Counted from the first letter of the whole stretch, positions 36,681 through 49,610 are shown. The stretch is DNA of 63,559 bases, filler included, from Sphacelaria rigidula (GCA_964200075.2; 11 parts of 11 records of this genome joined end to end with filler, not necessarily neighbours in it), one strand, 5' to 3'. The notes: generated by a model not told the origin, from the sequence alone. Numbers and translations are program-made.

Positions 36681-38491
36681 GTATATACCAGACGGAACAT
36701 GGAATAAGCCAAGAAAAACGTCCAACACTGAGGGTACCAATGCGGCCGAGGAGAGCAGCAGGAAGATGGCAGAACGTGTAGACAGATATGTCCCGGGTTA
36801 AACATCACAAAAAAGTGGCAGGGATCCCACCATCCCCTCATGTCCTTCTTTCTCTTGATAATTCCTTCCTTCCTTTGTACCCCTTACCCGATGTGGCGTG
36901 TTCCCATGTGGTGCTTTTCATGGGATATCAAGCAAATTCGTTCATATGGCTGTCTCTAAAATTTCTGTGTACGGCGGGGGTGTACCTGGCCGATGAAAAC
37001 CCGACCTGGAATATTCCAGCATGGCAACAACGTGGGGGTACCATGTCTTTGTATTGGCATTAATGTACAAGTAACGGGTACACCTTGGTTCTTGAGACCC
37101 CCCACGTGCACGCCCATGGGTGGGGAAAGGACAACGCCGACGTAACTCCTGGTGGGTGAATACGCCCCGGGGGCCTCGTAGAGGTACAAGGATATAAGCG
37201 TGCGATTCCTATTACTGTGGTTGGTGATCTTTGGTCTCTGAGTTTGGCTCTACTTCTGTTTTGCTTTGCATGTCGAGTGAGGACGTTGGCGTCTGACTCC
37301 AAAAGTGCGATGGTTCGCCTACGGCGCGGGATGATATGGGTTGGCGGTACTTTTTCTTGTATCGCGGCTGTGTTAGTCTCTCACGGAATGTCATTTTAGT
37401 TTTTATTTGGTTTCCTTATAGCTTATGATGGGGTAGTGAGCCTGTGGCCACGGAAGGTGTCCGCATCAGATCCTCAGCACAGGAATAGAAGTACTGCGCA
37501 GAGACAGGAAAGGTTTTTCATGTCAAGACAACAGCAACAACAACAACAATGACATAGTTTGCCTACGCAACTGGTTGCAGTTATCATTCCGTTTTGCCTT
37601 TATAACCAAGATACTTTTTTTCATTTGGGATGCGGAATAATTGTAAAAAGTGGGGAAAGAAAAAAGACATCTCCAGTCGAGACTTGAAAACAAAAAATGA
37701 GCAACACCCATGAACTATTTCCATCAGAATCTACACATACACACACGTGTTTAAAACTTCGAGCCACGACTCGCGAGTCAGTCGAGGAAGATCCGAAAAC
37801 TACATACTGTGGTAGAGAGCTTCGAACAACACGATTTCGTCTGCAAACCGGCATAAGAATGCACCATTTGGTACAATTTCGTTGTTTCCTGGTCGACAAG
37901 CGACTCGCAGCGCACACCTGGCCACGACAGCATTACTTGTCTGTTTCTCGGCCACCAAATACATGTGTTCGATCGTGTTTGTCTGTGCTATAAAAGAGGT
38001 GTTATCTCGAGAAAAGATCAGGTCGTCAAACACCATCTCATGCTTGCTTGGTGGGACCGGCTCGTCGCACCTTGATGCGTCATCTCCTGCACCGCTGCTC
38101 CCGTGCTGCTGCCGTCGGCATGACCCTGGTGCACCGTTTTTCTTGCTGCCGTGGAATCTGCATGCCCCTGATGCGCAGCTGCTCGTGATGGTAGCGACGG
38201 AGGCGGTGGCGAAGCTGCTGCTGTGCCGGCAATCGACAGATAACCCGGGACGCCGTTTTTCATCCCCTGTGGGCGCTTTTCTTGAGGAGAGGGCAAAGCG
38301 ATCGCCACCTTCTCCGTTCACGAGTATACGGGAGGTAGAGGCGAACAGGGGAGGGGGGGAGGGGATGTTTTGGTACTGTGACTTCGACGATGTTGCTTGA
38401 ATATCCTCCCGCATCAGACGGTTATATGGTCACGAGACAGTGATGTGATCCTGTTTTTATTACTCTCGCACACACCCCTTACCCCGCACAC

Positions 38492-38820
38492 GGGGCGGGG
38501 GAGGGGAGGGGTGTGTGTGTACTCATGATCTTGCATCCCGTAGTCATGCCGTAGTCATAGGACCACTGCCCTCGCATCCCTGCAAAGCCGGGATGGAGCA
38601 CGCTGGGTTTTCGCCGGACCATGCTTGCAATCACCAAGCACGAAGCGCCGTGATGTGTTCGGCGAGTCGCATGAAGGGTGAGCTGCATGCTAAGACTGTT
38701 CCGACCGAAGCGTATTGATCATCTTGAACACGGATGACAGCTTACGATGAGTTGCTTCATTTTCTGGTATCGCCACTTCCAGACAGCCACGGGTTACACA
38801 CTGCCTCATGGGTGACTTAC
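38492..38820 (-). mobile_element. 5'-truncated family B element directly downstream of the family A poly(C) tail
   Basis: Its reverse complement matches 6140-6449. The 5' junction abuts G13 at 38824-38836. Confidence 0.88.
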
Positions 38821-38823
38821 CAT

Positions 38824-39335
38824 GGGGGGGGGGGGGCGTACTCATTTGTTCTTTGCATGAGTCATTTGATCATTGATTACATGTCCCTTTCGAGACGGAG
38901 AACCGTTCCTACTCCAAATAGAGACATCTCCAACAGTTGGGGCGCACATTACGCTTCTTCCGTACACCACACAGAAGCCTCCTACATATCTTATCCACGT
39001 CCTGTTTCGCCGTCTGCGGCCAAGATCTATCTTCTACAGTAGTGTAGCCATCGTTTTCTCCCTACTGTCTAATGCATCAGACGATTCCATGCCACCTTCG
39101 TTTACTTCCCGCAGTCCCCCCTCTGGCACGTCCCGTTCCTCCTTTAATGGTTCACATTCTGCCACTATATGAGTTCTACTCTCTATTGCTTTGCCACAAG
39201 GGCAATTCTGTGCATCTATTTTCTCCTCCTCTCGACTACTGGTTCATATCATTCTCCTTTCTGGCAGGTGCGGGTCCCTCACCCGAGATCGTACAGTCAA
39301 TTTTTCGCGTAGTCCCTTTGGCCATGCGAATATGT
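38824..39335 (-). mobile_element. 5'-truncated CCHC-knuckle LINE (family A) with a poly(C) tail
   Basis: Decayed ORF end ...HLPERR..SSREEEKIDAQNCPCGKAIESRTHIVAECE...DALDSREKTMA...SRNGSPSRK, then TGA-GTACG-C13. The CxC-x8-H-x4-C knuckle resembles non-LTR ORF2 C-termini. Confidence 0.85.
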
Positions 39336-40014
39336 CACCGCGGGGGGGTAGAGACGTATGCCACTCCTCTGCGAGCTGGCGCTGGGATTGGTATCACGCC
39401 GAAGTTGGGCACTAGAGGCAACACGGACATCGGCCTGTTGGTTATTCGCACATTGAATGTGCGCGCAGAATCAGTGCTCCCGCAGAAACCGATGGAGCGG
39501 CAGTACTAATTGTCTGGACCGCAAAGGTACAGGCTCCCCGGAAAATCTTCAAATTGGTCAAGTAACCAACGGCTTGGGAAAAAATATGCTGCTGTCCACG
39601 GAGTGTTGTGGGGTGTTGTTCACCTGTCTCCTCTACCCGTTAGGCATCTTGTTTTAATATGTTGGCTCGGGGGAGAGTTGAGCCGGCTGTAACCGATAAC
39701 GGCAGCACATTATGCGTGGTTTCCTCTCCATTCGATCGGCAACAGACACAACAGCACGTGTCGACGACCACAGCCCTGAAAGATCATTCTCCGTCGCAAC
39801 AAAGCTTCCGGGACCCAAACAGGGTCCAAAGGGTAAAAAATAATGATTCTTGGCGGCGTGGGCACGCATGTCGCGTGTTTCCTCAACAGCGTCTCTCGAG
39901 GTTAATGTCACTTGACACAGACCATGAAAAATGAGGGCTGTATAGCGTACATGCGATATATTATAGTACTGCATCTGTTACAGGGAGTGTAGCGAGCACA
40001 GCAATGGTACGAGT

Positions 40015-40254
40015 TATGCAGCGATAGCACCCCCCCCCCCTCCCCGCCCAAAACCAGCCACAAAACTGTCACGAAGGAAACGACCACACAGCGCATGATG
40101 GCTGGTTTCAGAATGCATGAAGCACCTCCTGTGGGCAACATTGGCGGAAACGATCCTAGGCGTGGGAGTTCCAAGCTGCTCGGTGCTCTCGGCTTTTTTT
40201 TCCCCCATCATTTTGATTCACATGTAGATTTTGGGTCCTCAAACCAGCTACTTT
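40015..40254 (-). mobile_element. Family C MITE-like element whose G-run end is hit by family A insertions
   Basis: The core matches the reverse complement of 23420-23625. Confidence 0.75.
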
Positions 40255-40411
40255 TCTGACGGCGGGGGGTACTCATTTGTTGCTCACCTTAGTCGTTTGA
40301 CCATTGGCCGCGCATCTCTTTCGAGACGCTCTGACGGCGGGGGAGGGGGGGGGAGGGGAGGGCGTTCTCATTTGTTGCTTGCCTTAGTCATTCGACCACT
40401 GACCACGCATC
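40255..40411 (-). mobile_element. Two stacked family A 3'-end insertions, the first with a 14-bp TSD
   Basis: TCTGACGGCGGGGG occurs at 40255-40268 and 40330-40343. The second copy spans 40345-40411. Confidence 0.9.
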
Positions 40412-43400
40412 NNNNNNNNNNNNNNNNNNNNNNNNNNNNNNNNNNNNNNNNNNNNTTAATTAATTAANNNNNNNNNNNNNNNNNNNNNNNNNNNNNNNNN
40501 NNNNNNNNNNNTGACCCCAAACCTAGCCCCCCCCCCTCTACTCAACGACCCATGACGCGCCCCCATACTAAAAACAGTATACTAGTGAACCCCCACACTA
40601 AAACCAAGGCAATTCTCATAATAGTTCTCAAATATATCCCAGAAAACCCGCCAATATTCGACACAATATTTCGCAGTAATTACGAATCGGATTCAACTTT
40701 CTTTTTTTAGAGGTATCCTCAAATCCATAGCTTTTCAACAAGCCTATCGGTAGTATCGTGAATGACTAGGTTGGCGAGATATGATTTGCACCCCATAAGG
40801 ACCTTTACTTATGGCACAGAGGAAGTATAACAGTACAGTACAGTACACTGTAGCAGTGTTATAAAAAGCGCGTGCGGAGGTGCGGCAGCGCAGATATTTA
40901 GGCGAAATCCGGCGAAGCGCAGGTGCTGGGAGTAATAATCTGCGGCTTGCCGCCGAATTTTTTTTCGGAGCGCACTTTATCGCCGGTAGGCGACAAAAAT
41001 TCTGCGGCCCATTTCTTTTTGCCGGAGGCGCAAAAACATTTTTAGGGGTTTATTTTGGTTTCGCCTGAGGGCGGATGAGATTTTTTTTCAGACACAGCAA
41101 TCATATGCTTCCGTTATGATCCTTCTTCCTGTTACTTGCGTTTCAATGTGAACAAAATTAACCCAAACCAACCAAAAACACGGCAAAAACACCTAAATCC
41201 CAAAATTTGCCGCTCCGGGGCCGCATGTCGCCTTCGGCTCCAACCTGCGCAAGCGCAGGTGGAGCCTTCGGAGAATTTATAACCCTGCACTGTAGCACGC
41301 CTCTCCGACTGAAGCAGCAGCTGCCGCTGCATACTCCCTTGCACGTTCTGGGCAATTCTCAGCCACCGAGATCAACTGCCTATATACCGCTTCTTAATCC
41401 CCGCCCACCACATACATGTTGACTGCACCCTGCAAGTCATCGCCAGAGGGATAAGTAGAACTCATAACAGTAGATCCTTTTGTCTTTCCACAGCCCACCT
41501 GGGTTTAGGGCGTGGTGAAAATGACCGCATGGTAGCATGTACACTCCTGCCCGGCTTTTCCGGTCGACCCTGTGTTGGTGTAAATTACTACGTTTTAGTA
41601 GGGAATTGATACCCAAAAAATCCACCGGAAAACTCGGGAACGGTGTACTGAGTGCAAGTGATATCATGTAACCAAGCTCCGACCGCCCTGCGCTTGGAAA
41701 CCTGCGAAGTCTTATCTGGGCCAGGGATAAGGTCCCCACACGATGTCTACAGTGGCCAACACCCCCAGCACTGGTCGTTCGGGTCTGGTCGATAAATTTC
41801 CCCTCGCCGTGATTGGGCAGGTCGCTCGAAGACTTGTGTTTTTACTATTTCACTAACACAGGGTCAACCCTGTGTTAGTGGGGGGTCGGTCCCGAAAGGG
41901 TTCACGGGTAAAAGTGCGTAAAACAGACAGTAGACCGCGTGAACCAAATCTTTCAGCCATATCACTGGCGGGGCCGGAGCAACTCCAGCCCCACGCGTTC
42001 ATGGGGATTGATCCTCTTCACAAATTATCAGTGCTTCATACAACAAAACACATGAAAACTTCTCTGGGACTGCGGGTATGAATGACGTGCAACAGTGATG
42101 ATAATCATAGATTTTTGCCGAAATTATTGGCCCCGCCCGTTCGTGGGAATTGTTCCCCTGTATAAATTATTATTATTCCAAACAATAAATCACATGATAA
42201 CTTCTTCAAGGCTGCGCGGGTATTAAGGATGTGTAAAAGTGTTGGCCAATAGTCATAGTTAAAGCCGAAGTTATTTTATACCGTACCAGCTTCAATCATT
42301 GAAATTATGATAATATAACGAATGATGATAACAATCATCGTAGATAGTAGCAATTTTGATGACAACACCGATGATACTTATCCATCGAGACATGAGGATA
42401 ATTTGCGCATTTCGACCTGTTGTTCCCGCTGGTGTTATACGAGCTCTACTGCCCGGCGGGTATGAACCTTGTCAAACAGTAGTTTGACGGACTTGGGCTC
42501 CAATGAATGTATGTTCATCGTTGATATCACTGGATTTGAGTTTGAACAACGAGAATCGGATCTTTTTTGGGGCTCGACAGTCCCGTTTGCTTGCTCCTAG
42601 CGTGCCCCCAACACGTTTTCGTCCATATCGGCGCTGTAGCCGGTAGCGTTGGGTTACAATTTACCTATAGTTGATATTACTTGATTTGAGTCTCGATGAC
42701 AAGAATCGGATATTCAGTGGGGCTTGATTGTCCCGTGTACCTTGACCAATATTTTATTACATGTGTGCTTCTCTTTACCGGCGACACTGTCGTGCGCTTA
42801 CACAGCTATTCGGCGATATCTTAGTCAGCGATATCAAAGGCTCCGGCGGCAAGCTACTACAGAAAGCGTACCTAAGGCCCGGAGCGGCGTTTCGGAACTG
42901 AAACTACTTCTCTCATTAGTCGATCGCTTTTCACTCCTCATCGTATCCTCGACTCTCAATCTAACGAGAAAATTGTTAATATTGAAACGCGATTTTGCTG
43001 CTCAAATTTGCTGCTCCTAGCGTGCGCAGAACGCGTTCTCGTACGCGTCGGCGCCACCGCTGATTAGAGGTCTACCAATGCCACACTTTACCTAGGAAAC
43101 TCTGTGCATCCCCCTTGCCCTAGGGTTTTCGGTATGACTTGTATTGGGGTTGGGGTTACGATAAGCGGCAGTTATAAATATGTCAAACCACGAATATGAT
43201 GTAGCCAAAGTTCGGTTAACCCAGTCCGGTTACCCCACCTCGCGAGGTTGATGAGCAGGTGGTGCGGTCGACGATCATGTGCTTTGGATCATATTTTAGC
43301 CAATGTACCCGTAGACTAAATCGGCTGTACCACCTCATGTTTTTTACGATGCTGATGGTACCACAATCCATACTGACACACGAAGGATTGCACGTGGTCT

Positions 43401-45478
43401 AATCAACAGCAGTATGGCATAGCAGATGAGAAGTAAGCAGCGTAGTGCTGCACCAACGCTGCCCACCGGAGCCTCTTGCTGTCACCTTCGAAGTACAGGT
43501 AGCGCGCACGGGGTTTGACAGGCGGAGTTGAAGTTAATTTCATATCACAAATACGAGTAATAGTTGACGAGTAGTGAGCTAGGACTGACGCGCGTGGCGG
43601 CAGTGCGGCAGGTATCAACGGCACAGATCTCGCACGCACCGAGGTGTTGAACAAAATAATGAAAAACTGAAAGTGTGATCTTGAAATTTGCCATAATTCG
43701 CCAGTAGAAGCAGATAGGGGGCTTCCAATCCTACGGCTAACTAGCTGTAACCACTACGAACGAAGAAAGGAGGCCTGGCCGTGTTGGCTCCAACCCGATA
43801 GCGTTACAATCATGGAGAACCTATCCCGAACAAGGAAGGACCACACCGAGTAGAATGTCGCTCCGTCTCTCATGTACCTCCCCACCGGAGGAGGTACAGT
43901 AATATCTCCTCAAGGCGTGCCTTGGACCGTTTATGGTGAGAGGACGACCTAACAGATATATATATATATATATACATGTATATTTTCCACCCACGTTTGC
44001 CAAGACACACCAGTAGATAAAAACACTTTTGAAAATTGATGGCCCCAACATCGACCAGTTTTCAGGTGGTACCGCCGAAGGCGTCACGCTGCGGTTAGTA
44101 CACAGTGTCGAACACAGCAGCAAGCAGCATATTTTATGTACAGAGCGCGTGTTCTAAGACCAATACGCACACACACAGCCACTACTATCGCCATCATTAT
44201 CGATCGGGGGGGTACCCCCCCCTCCTCAAATAGGGTACCCGGGGTCCCCCCCCCCTCCCCTCCTACGTACGGTCCCAGAATGAGGTTTGGTCGACCTGGG
44301 GGGGGGGTTGATGCCGTCATTTCCCGATATGGGGCCCCTCGACCCCGCGTGCAGCTGCTTGACGCTTGACGCTGTCTCCTGTCTGCTCGAGAAACAGCAG
44401 TCTGCAACTTTCAATTTATGGCATACCGAGAAGCAAGTCCTGTACGTGTACTTGGAAACAGGCATGGTGATGGCTGGGACTAGTGCGGGACGACCTAGTG
44501 GGAAATTGCCAGGAAACGGCTAGCGTCTCAGCGCCGGCTTGCTGCGGGCCCTTACGAATGTAGGGCGATAGCGATAACACGAAAACGATTTATGCTTCAA
44601 TGCAACTTTACGCTTCCGTGCAAGGACACATCACCATCCACCGGGTGCGTGCGGCAGAACTTCATTTTAGAGCCACTAATAACAAGGGCCCAGCGGAGAC
44701 CACTCCGGTTTCACCGCCGCAATCCGAGACCGCAACGTCACAAACATCGACATAAATTGAAATTGAAAGCGTCCTGGGCACAGGGCAATCTATACTGTAA
44801 ACCCCATGCCATAGGCTAAAGCTAACCCTAACCTAACCCATAGGGGAACGGTCTCGGAGCGAGCGCCATGAATTACAACTGCTGTCGAATGTACTGGAAA
44901 CCTCGAGGTTTTTTAGATACCGCCGTGGCGTAGCCAAAGCACCGCGCTACTGCACCACCACCATCCTAACTTCTGTACTACACAGCATTACGCTGCATAT
45001 AATCGAATCCTCACGCCAGTGTCAGAGTCTTCCGGGCGCAATAATCGATGCCGACATGTGAAAGTGCCGAACTGACTCGCGGGCGAGCTGCACATCGGTG
45101 CGGTTGGGCGACGCTCCACTCAAGAAGATCGCGATTGCGTTATCGTTCTCAACTCTTGAGCGGTCAGGAACGCCCGCCGGACGAGACTGCAGGACCACCA
45201 TGATGACATGCTATCAACCTCCGGCGAGCGCAATCTTTCACTTGAATTTTCAACGGGTCCCAAGAAACGGGGCGGCCCGTCCGGTTCGGCGGCGCGGGCG
45301 ACTTCTCCCGCGGTTATCGGCGCGACGATCGAAAAATTAGGCGCGATTAGCGCCGGGCTCCCCCGTGCGGGGGACGCCTACATTCTCGAACGGGGGTAAG
45401 GAGGCGTGGGCGGAATTCGGCGCTCTCGCGAGGCTCGGAATACAAGCCTGCCGGGCCGGAGCTCCGCTGCGGCCCCGC

Positions 45479-45895
45479 CCGCGACAAAGATCTGAACACA
45501 AACGGAAAAATGAGTCACTCACGCCAACACGGGGGTCGGTGTCGTGGACATCAACCATGTTGAGAAGGGTACAGTCGGTCGCATCCTCCCGAACGCAGTC
45601 GGACGCACATGCGTGGTAGTTCACGTATCGTGCTTCTTCACCTTCTGCATCGCACGAGTAAGGGGCATTAACGGCGCAATGATGCAGTGAACGCTGTGCC
45701 CTTAGCGCCCGTTGCTCGTGCGATGCAGAGGGTGGAGAAACACGTTACGTAAACTACCACGCGTGTGCGTCCGACTGCGTTTGGAAGGAGGCGACAGACC
45801 GTACCCTGCTCAACATGGTTCAAGTCCACAACACTGACACCCGTGTTGGCGTGAATTACTCATTTTCCCCGCTTGTGTTCAGATCTGTGTCCCGG
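45479..45895. ncRNA. ~417-nt fold-back hairpin, candidate pre-miRNA or hairpin-RNA locus
   Basis: The ~205-bp arms differ by about 30 substitutions and almost no indels, with a loop of a few nt. The inverted repeat is certain; RNA function is inferred. Confidence 0.5.
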
Positions 45896-46298
45896 TATGT
45901 TCAGCTGTGCCCATAAATTATGACGGAACTATACCGCAAGCTCGAGAAATGAACATGCTAGTCGCGTGTGCAGGGCAAGGTTATATACACCACATAAAAG
46001 AGATACATGTAATTTAGTTTTGTCGGCACGAACGCAGAAAATCACACCCATTCTTGCTCTAGCGGCAACACCAACTACAGGACTAGAGCTAACCGTTTTC
46101 TCTCGAGATTGAGAGTAGAGCGTTGAGAGGAGGATACTAAAGCTCGGAAGAAAGTAAAAAAAGATGGTACAGCAGAAAAAGAAGGAAGTTTGGGAAGGNN
46201 NNNNNNNNNNNNNNNNNNNNNNNNNNNNNNNNNNNNNNNNNNTTAATTAATTAANNNNNNNNNNNNNNNNNNNNNNNNNNNNNNNNNNNNNNNNNNNN

Positions 46299-46390
46299 GG
46301 CGTACGCCGCCCCGGCGTTGTAGGTATGCGAGGTCAATGGTCTTATGACTACGGCATGCATGATCATGAGTATACCCCCTCCCCCTCCTC
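46299..46390 (+). mobile_element. Family B 3' end with C-rich tail
   Basis: ...GAGGTCAATGGTCTTATGACTACGGCATGCATGATCATGAGTATA-CCCCCTCCCCC. Confidence 0.85.
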
Positions 46391-46620
46391 CGAAAGAATC
46401 CGTTGTCCCGCGGGATAACTCCGTCTCTGTCACGGCACACGCCTTGCACGTTGGCATCGCGGATTGAATCAACACTGCCGTGCCTCGCCGAATATCGTCA
46501 TTTGCTTTTTGTTGCTATTCACGTCCTCACGATTCAACGACGAGAGAATCAGATGATTCTCAGAACCAAACCCAGATGCATCTCATGGGGATCGAGTCCA
46601 CCTGGTTTCCCCCATTTTTC
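46390..46620 (-). mobile_element. tRNA-derived SINE, decayed copy
   Basis: The body matches 24680-24900 and has a B-box-like GGACTCGATCC. Confidence 0.55.
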
Positions 46621-46639
46621 TGTCTATACGTGTTCGTTC

Positions 46640-47020
46640 ACGTCGGTGTATGGCAGAGCAGTGTGGTGCCTCGCTTCGTTGTGTTTGTTCATGGATGAGA
46701 GGGTTCATGCCCGAACTAATACGGCAGTAGTAGATGCGCCGCAATCTGTTCCTTTTCCACGGCCTTTTGCTCTCAACGGCTGGGTGCGAGTGAGGTTCTG
46801 CGCGAGTCCTTTTCCACCGAAGTCATGTGGTAGAGGCCGGCCGTTCTTATTCTTTTATTTTTTTCTGAGTCTACTCTGCTTTTTTGTTCTCTTTTCTCTG
46901 CTTGTTCTTCTCCTTTCCTTCAGAGAGTGCTTCAGTCATGATTTATCACGGGCACGTGTGTCATGTGGCCACGGCTGGACCCTTGGGAAGTTCATTGAAA
47001 GTACGACAATCATTCAGTAA
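46640..47020 (+). repeat. Interspersed repeat family D
   Basis: Matches the reverse complement of 18977-19400. Confidence 0.75.
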
Positions 47021-47289
47021 AAAATCAAATGGTTCCGACCTATTTGGTTCCCCCTCCACCAAGCTACGTTGACCGAAAAAGGTACGTCAACTAGTAAGGC
47101 CCACGGGCGAATAAGGTACATATGTAAGTAGAGTACGCTAGGGAATGACGTGCAGCAGGAGTTACAGGCTCATCCGCGGAAACGCATGAAAGAGTGCGCA
47201 CTGACGGTCTCTCGAGAACTCTTTGGAACTATTACTTAAAATTTCACACATCCATCCGTTTGCCCAGGACGAAAATGAATATATGAGTC

Positions 47290-47625
47290 TTTTTACGATA
47301 CCCCCCCCCCCATAGTGCTCCGTCTCGAAAGGGATGCGTGGTCAATGGTCACACGACTAAGGCAAGCAACAAATGAGTACGCCCCCCCCCTCCCCCCATG
47401 AAAAAAATAGCCTAAACTCACACTAAGAAAATGGTCATCATAGAGCCTGATGCATTTCTTCAGGCCGCATAAAGCGCCGAACATGTGCGAGATCGGCGAA
47501 ACCGAACACAAGCGTGGGGAATCCCAGCTACTCGTTGTGCTCGGCTTTTCATTTCGATTCACGTGTAGATTTTTCGCCTGCCCAAACCAGCAAGGGTCTT
47601 GGGGGAGGGCTATCGTAAAAAGTGT
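47290..47625. mobile_element. Family C MITE with a family A 3' end (47316-47397, +) nested in the C-run of its left TIR
   Basis: CTTTTTACGATA-C11 ... GGGGGAGGGCTATCGTAAAAAG. C-runs flank the nested insert on both sides. Confidence 0.85.
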
Positions 47626-49442
47626 TGTGCTCTATTTTTCCCGCACTTCTTATTCTTAGCTCAAGATGTTGAATATTGATAGTGCCAGAACATTTGTTTT
47701 TGACGCCATGTCTCCCTCTCTTACGAGCGTTGACGTTGGGAAATCGTAGATGAAAAACAGTCATGATCGTGGTATTGTTTCCGGGTAGGCGCATGTGCTA
47801 TTTCACATCGGAACCCCGTCAGATCGCGGAAGGAAAAGTGAAAAAGCGCATGACCCGAATTTTTGGGGGAAAACATTCTGCTGAATCTGCGGCAGCTTCA
47901 CGAAATTTTACCGATTGGGTTGTGAAGGTTTTAAACATCCACGAATCGGGAATACGAACGACGGGACGTATTCCAACTCATAGCATTCGCCTCTGCAGTT
48001 AAGATATTGGAGGGAAAACATATTTCGCAACAGTATTTTGCCCGTTACTGTCAAAACATCTCGAGTTGAGAATTGCGAATCCAATGTGAGCTACACTCGT
48101 AATAGTCGTCTTGCGAATGTGCAAGGTTGTACAAAATTTAATATTATCATTCATGAAACCAAGGACGGAAAAGCGAAGTGATTAAATATCTGGATTTGGG
48201 GGGAAAGCACAACTCACGAACATTTATCTTGAAAAGCTTGTCAGGTGCACATAACTTGTGAAGCGTGAACAGCCGGAAATATGCCGACCTCCGTTTGTGA
48301 CCTTTGAATCAAGATATTGGGACAATTTCGTTGTGTTTCGGATATCACCCCTCGCTACGCGCTTTATCGCTACGCCACATGATCCAGCCGTGGTCACACT
48401 TATTTATAAAAATCTGGAGTTGAGAGTTGAAAATTCAACTTGGGTCACGGGCACGTATTTTTGTCTCTTGTGCCGCTGTGCTGATATTTGCAAAATACCT
48501 TACTGGGAGCGTGACAGGTCTTCCTGCAAACGGGCATGAGAGGGCTGGATCTGGTGCAGAATATAGCGGGGTTTGATCGAGTTGTGATACTCGTACCGTT
48601 TCAATCCACGACTGCTCTGTAGCTCCAATGCAACCAGAGTGTTGTCTTCGTTTCGCTGACAGCATCACGCAAATGTGTCCAAGTGTCTACGTATTGTTCG
48701 TAGATCCCGGGGAACGTTCCGGGAACGCTCGTTCATTGTTATCCGTGAACTAGCGTGTACGGTGCAGAAAGAAGTCAATAAGACATGGAGGCTGGGCGCG
48801 GTTCAGACGAACAGAAGGGAACAGCGGACAGGCGTAAGGGTGCCGGTTGAACGACAGCGCGTCACAATGGTTGACATCGAACGGTTCTTTCCGGCCTGGT
48901 ATCCAAAATTGCCTGTGCGCACCTACGAACGATCGTAGTGTTCAGGGTGGCTTTCAAATACTCTTCGACGAAGCCAGAATGTCGTTTCAGCAATCGTGCG
49001 CGTGTCTCAAAAAGCCGTGCACGTCGCAACCACTTCACAGGCAATCCATTCCAAGACGGCAGAACGCTCGTCTCTCGAGGTGGCACTGGCAGCTCTGTCC
49101 GAAGCGCAATCGGCGGCGCGCAGTAGAGAGCGGGCCGTGAAACGAGGACTCGCCGACGGAAACAGGTGAGGGTGTTGTAGATGCAAGCGGGACAGGGAAG
49201 CGACTTAAAATGATTGTTGGCGCGGCACTACCTGTACATCGATACACCACGGCTCGATGCTCTCCGTTTATGTGCATGGCAAATGACTGAACACATGAGT
49301 GTCGATGCTTTGATGTATCGAGATGTCAGCTGATGTGCACAACTAGGACGCACCGTCGGTAGGCGAACAATGTTTTTCTTCAAGCTCCCATGGGATGTTG
49401 TTTACAGAAGCATATAGGAGTGGCGTTTAGACACGCCAGAAC

Positions 49443-49610
49443 ACTCACCCCTCATGCGACACCCCGAAGACATCACGGCGCTTCACGCTTGGTGATTGCG
49501 ACTCTGGTCCGGCGAAATCCGGCGTGTTCCGTCCCGACTTTGTGGGGATGCGAGGTCAATGGTCTAATGACTGCGGCATGACTACGGCATGCAAGATCAT
49601 GAGTACACCG
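49443..49610 (+). mobile_element. Family B 3' portion
   Basis: CTCACCCCTCATGCGAC...GCAAGATCATGAGTACACC. The tail is only 2 C. Confidence 0.85.

Noticed and set aside
37990..38414. 204-aa minus-strand ORF as a gene
   Set aside because: It may contain a low-complexity exon, but no family match or linked exons support a call.
40512..45470. Genes in contig 8
   Set aside because: Only short ORFs, local duplications (~42050/42190; ~42540/42690/43010) and small GC hairpins typical of transposon debris; nothing assignable.
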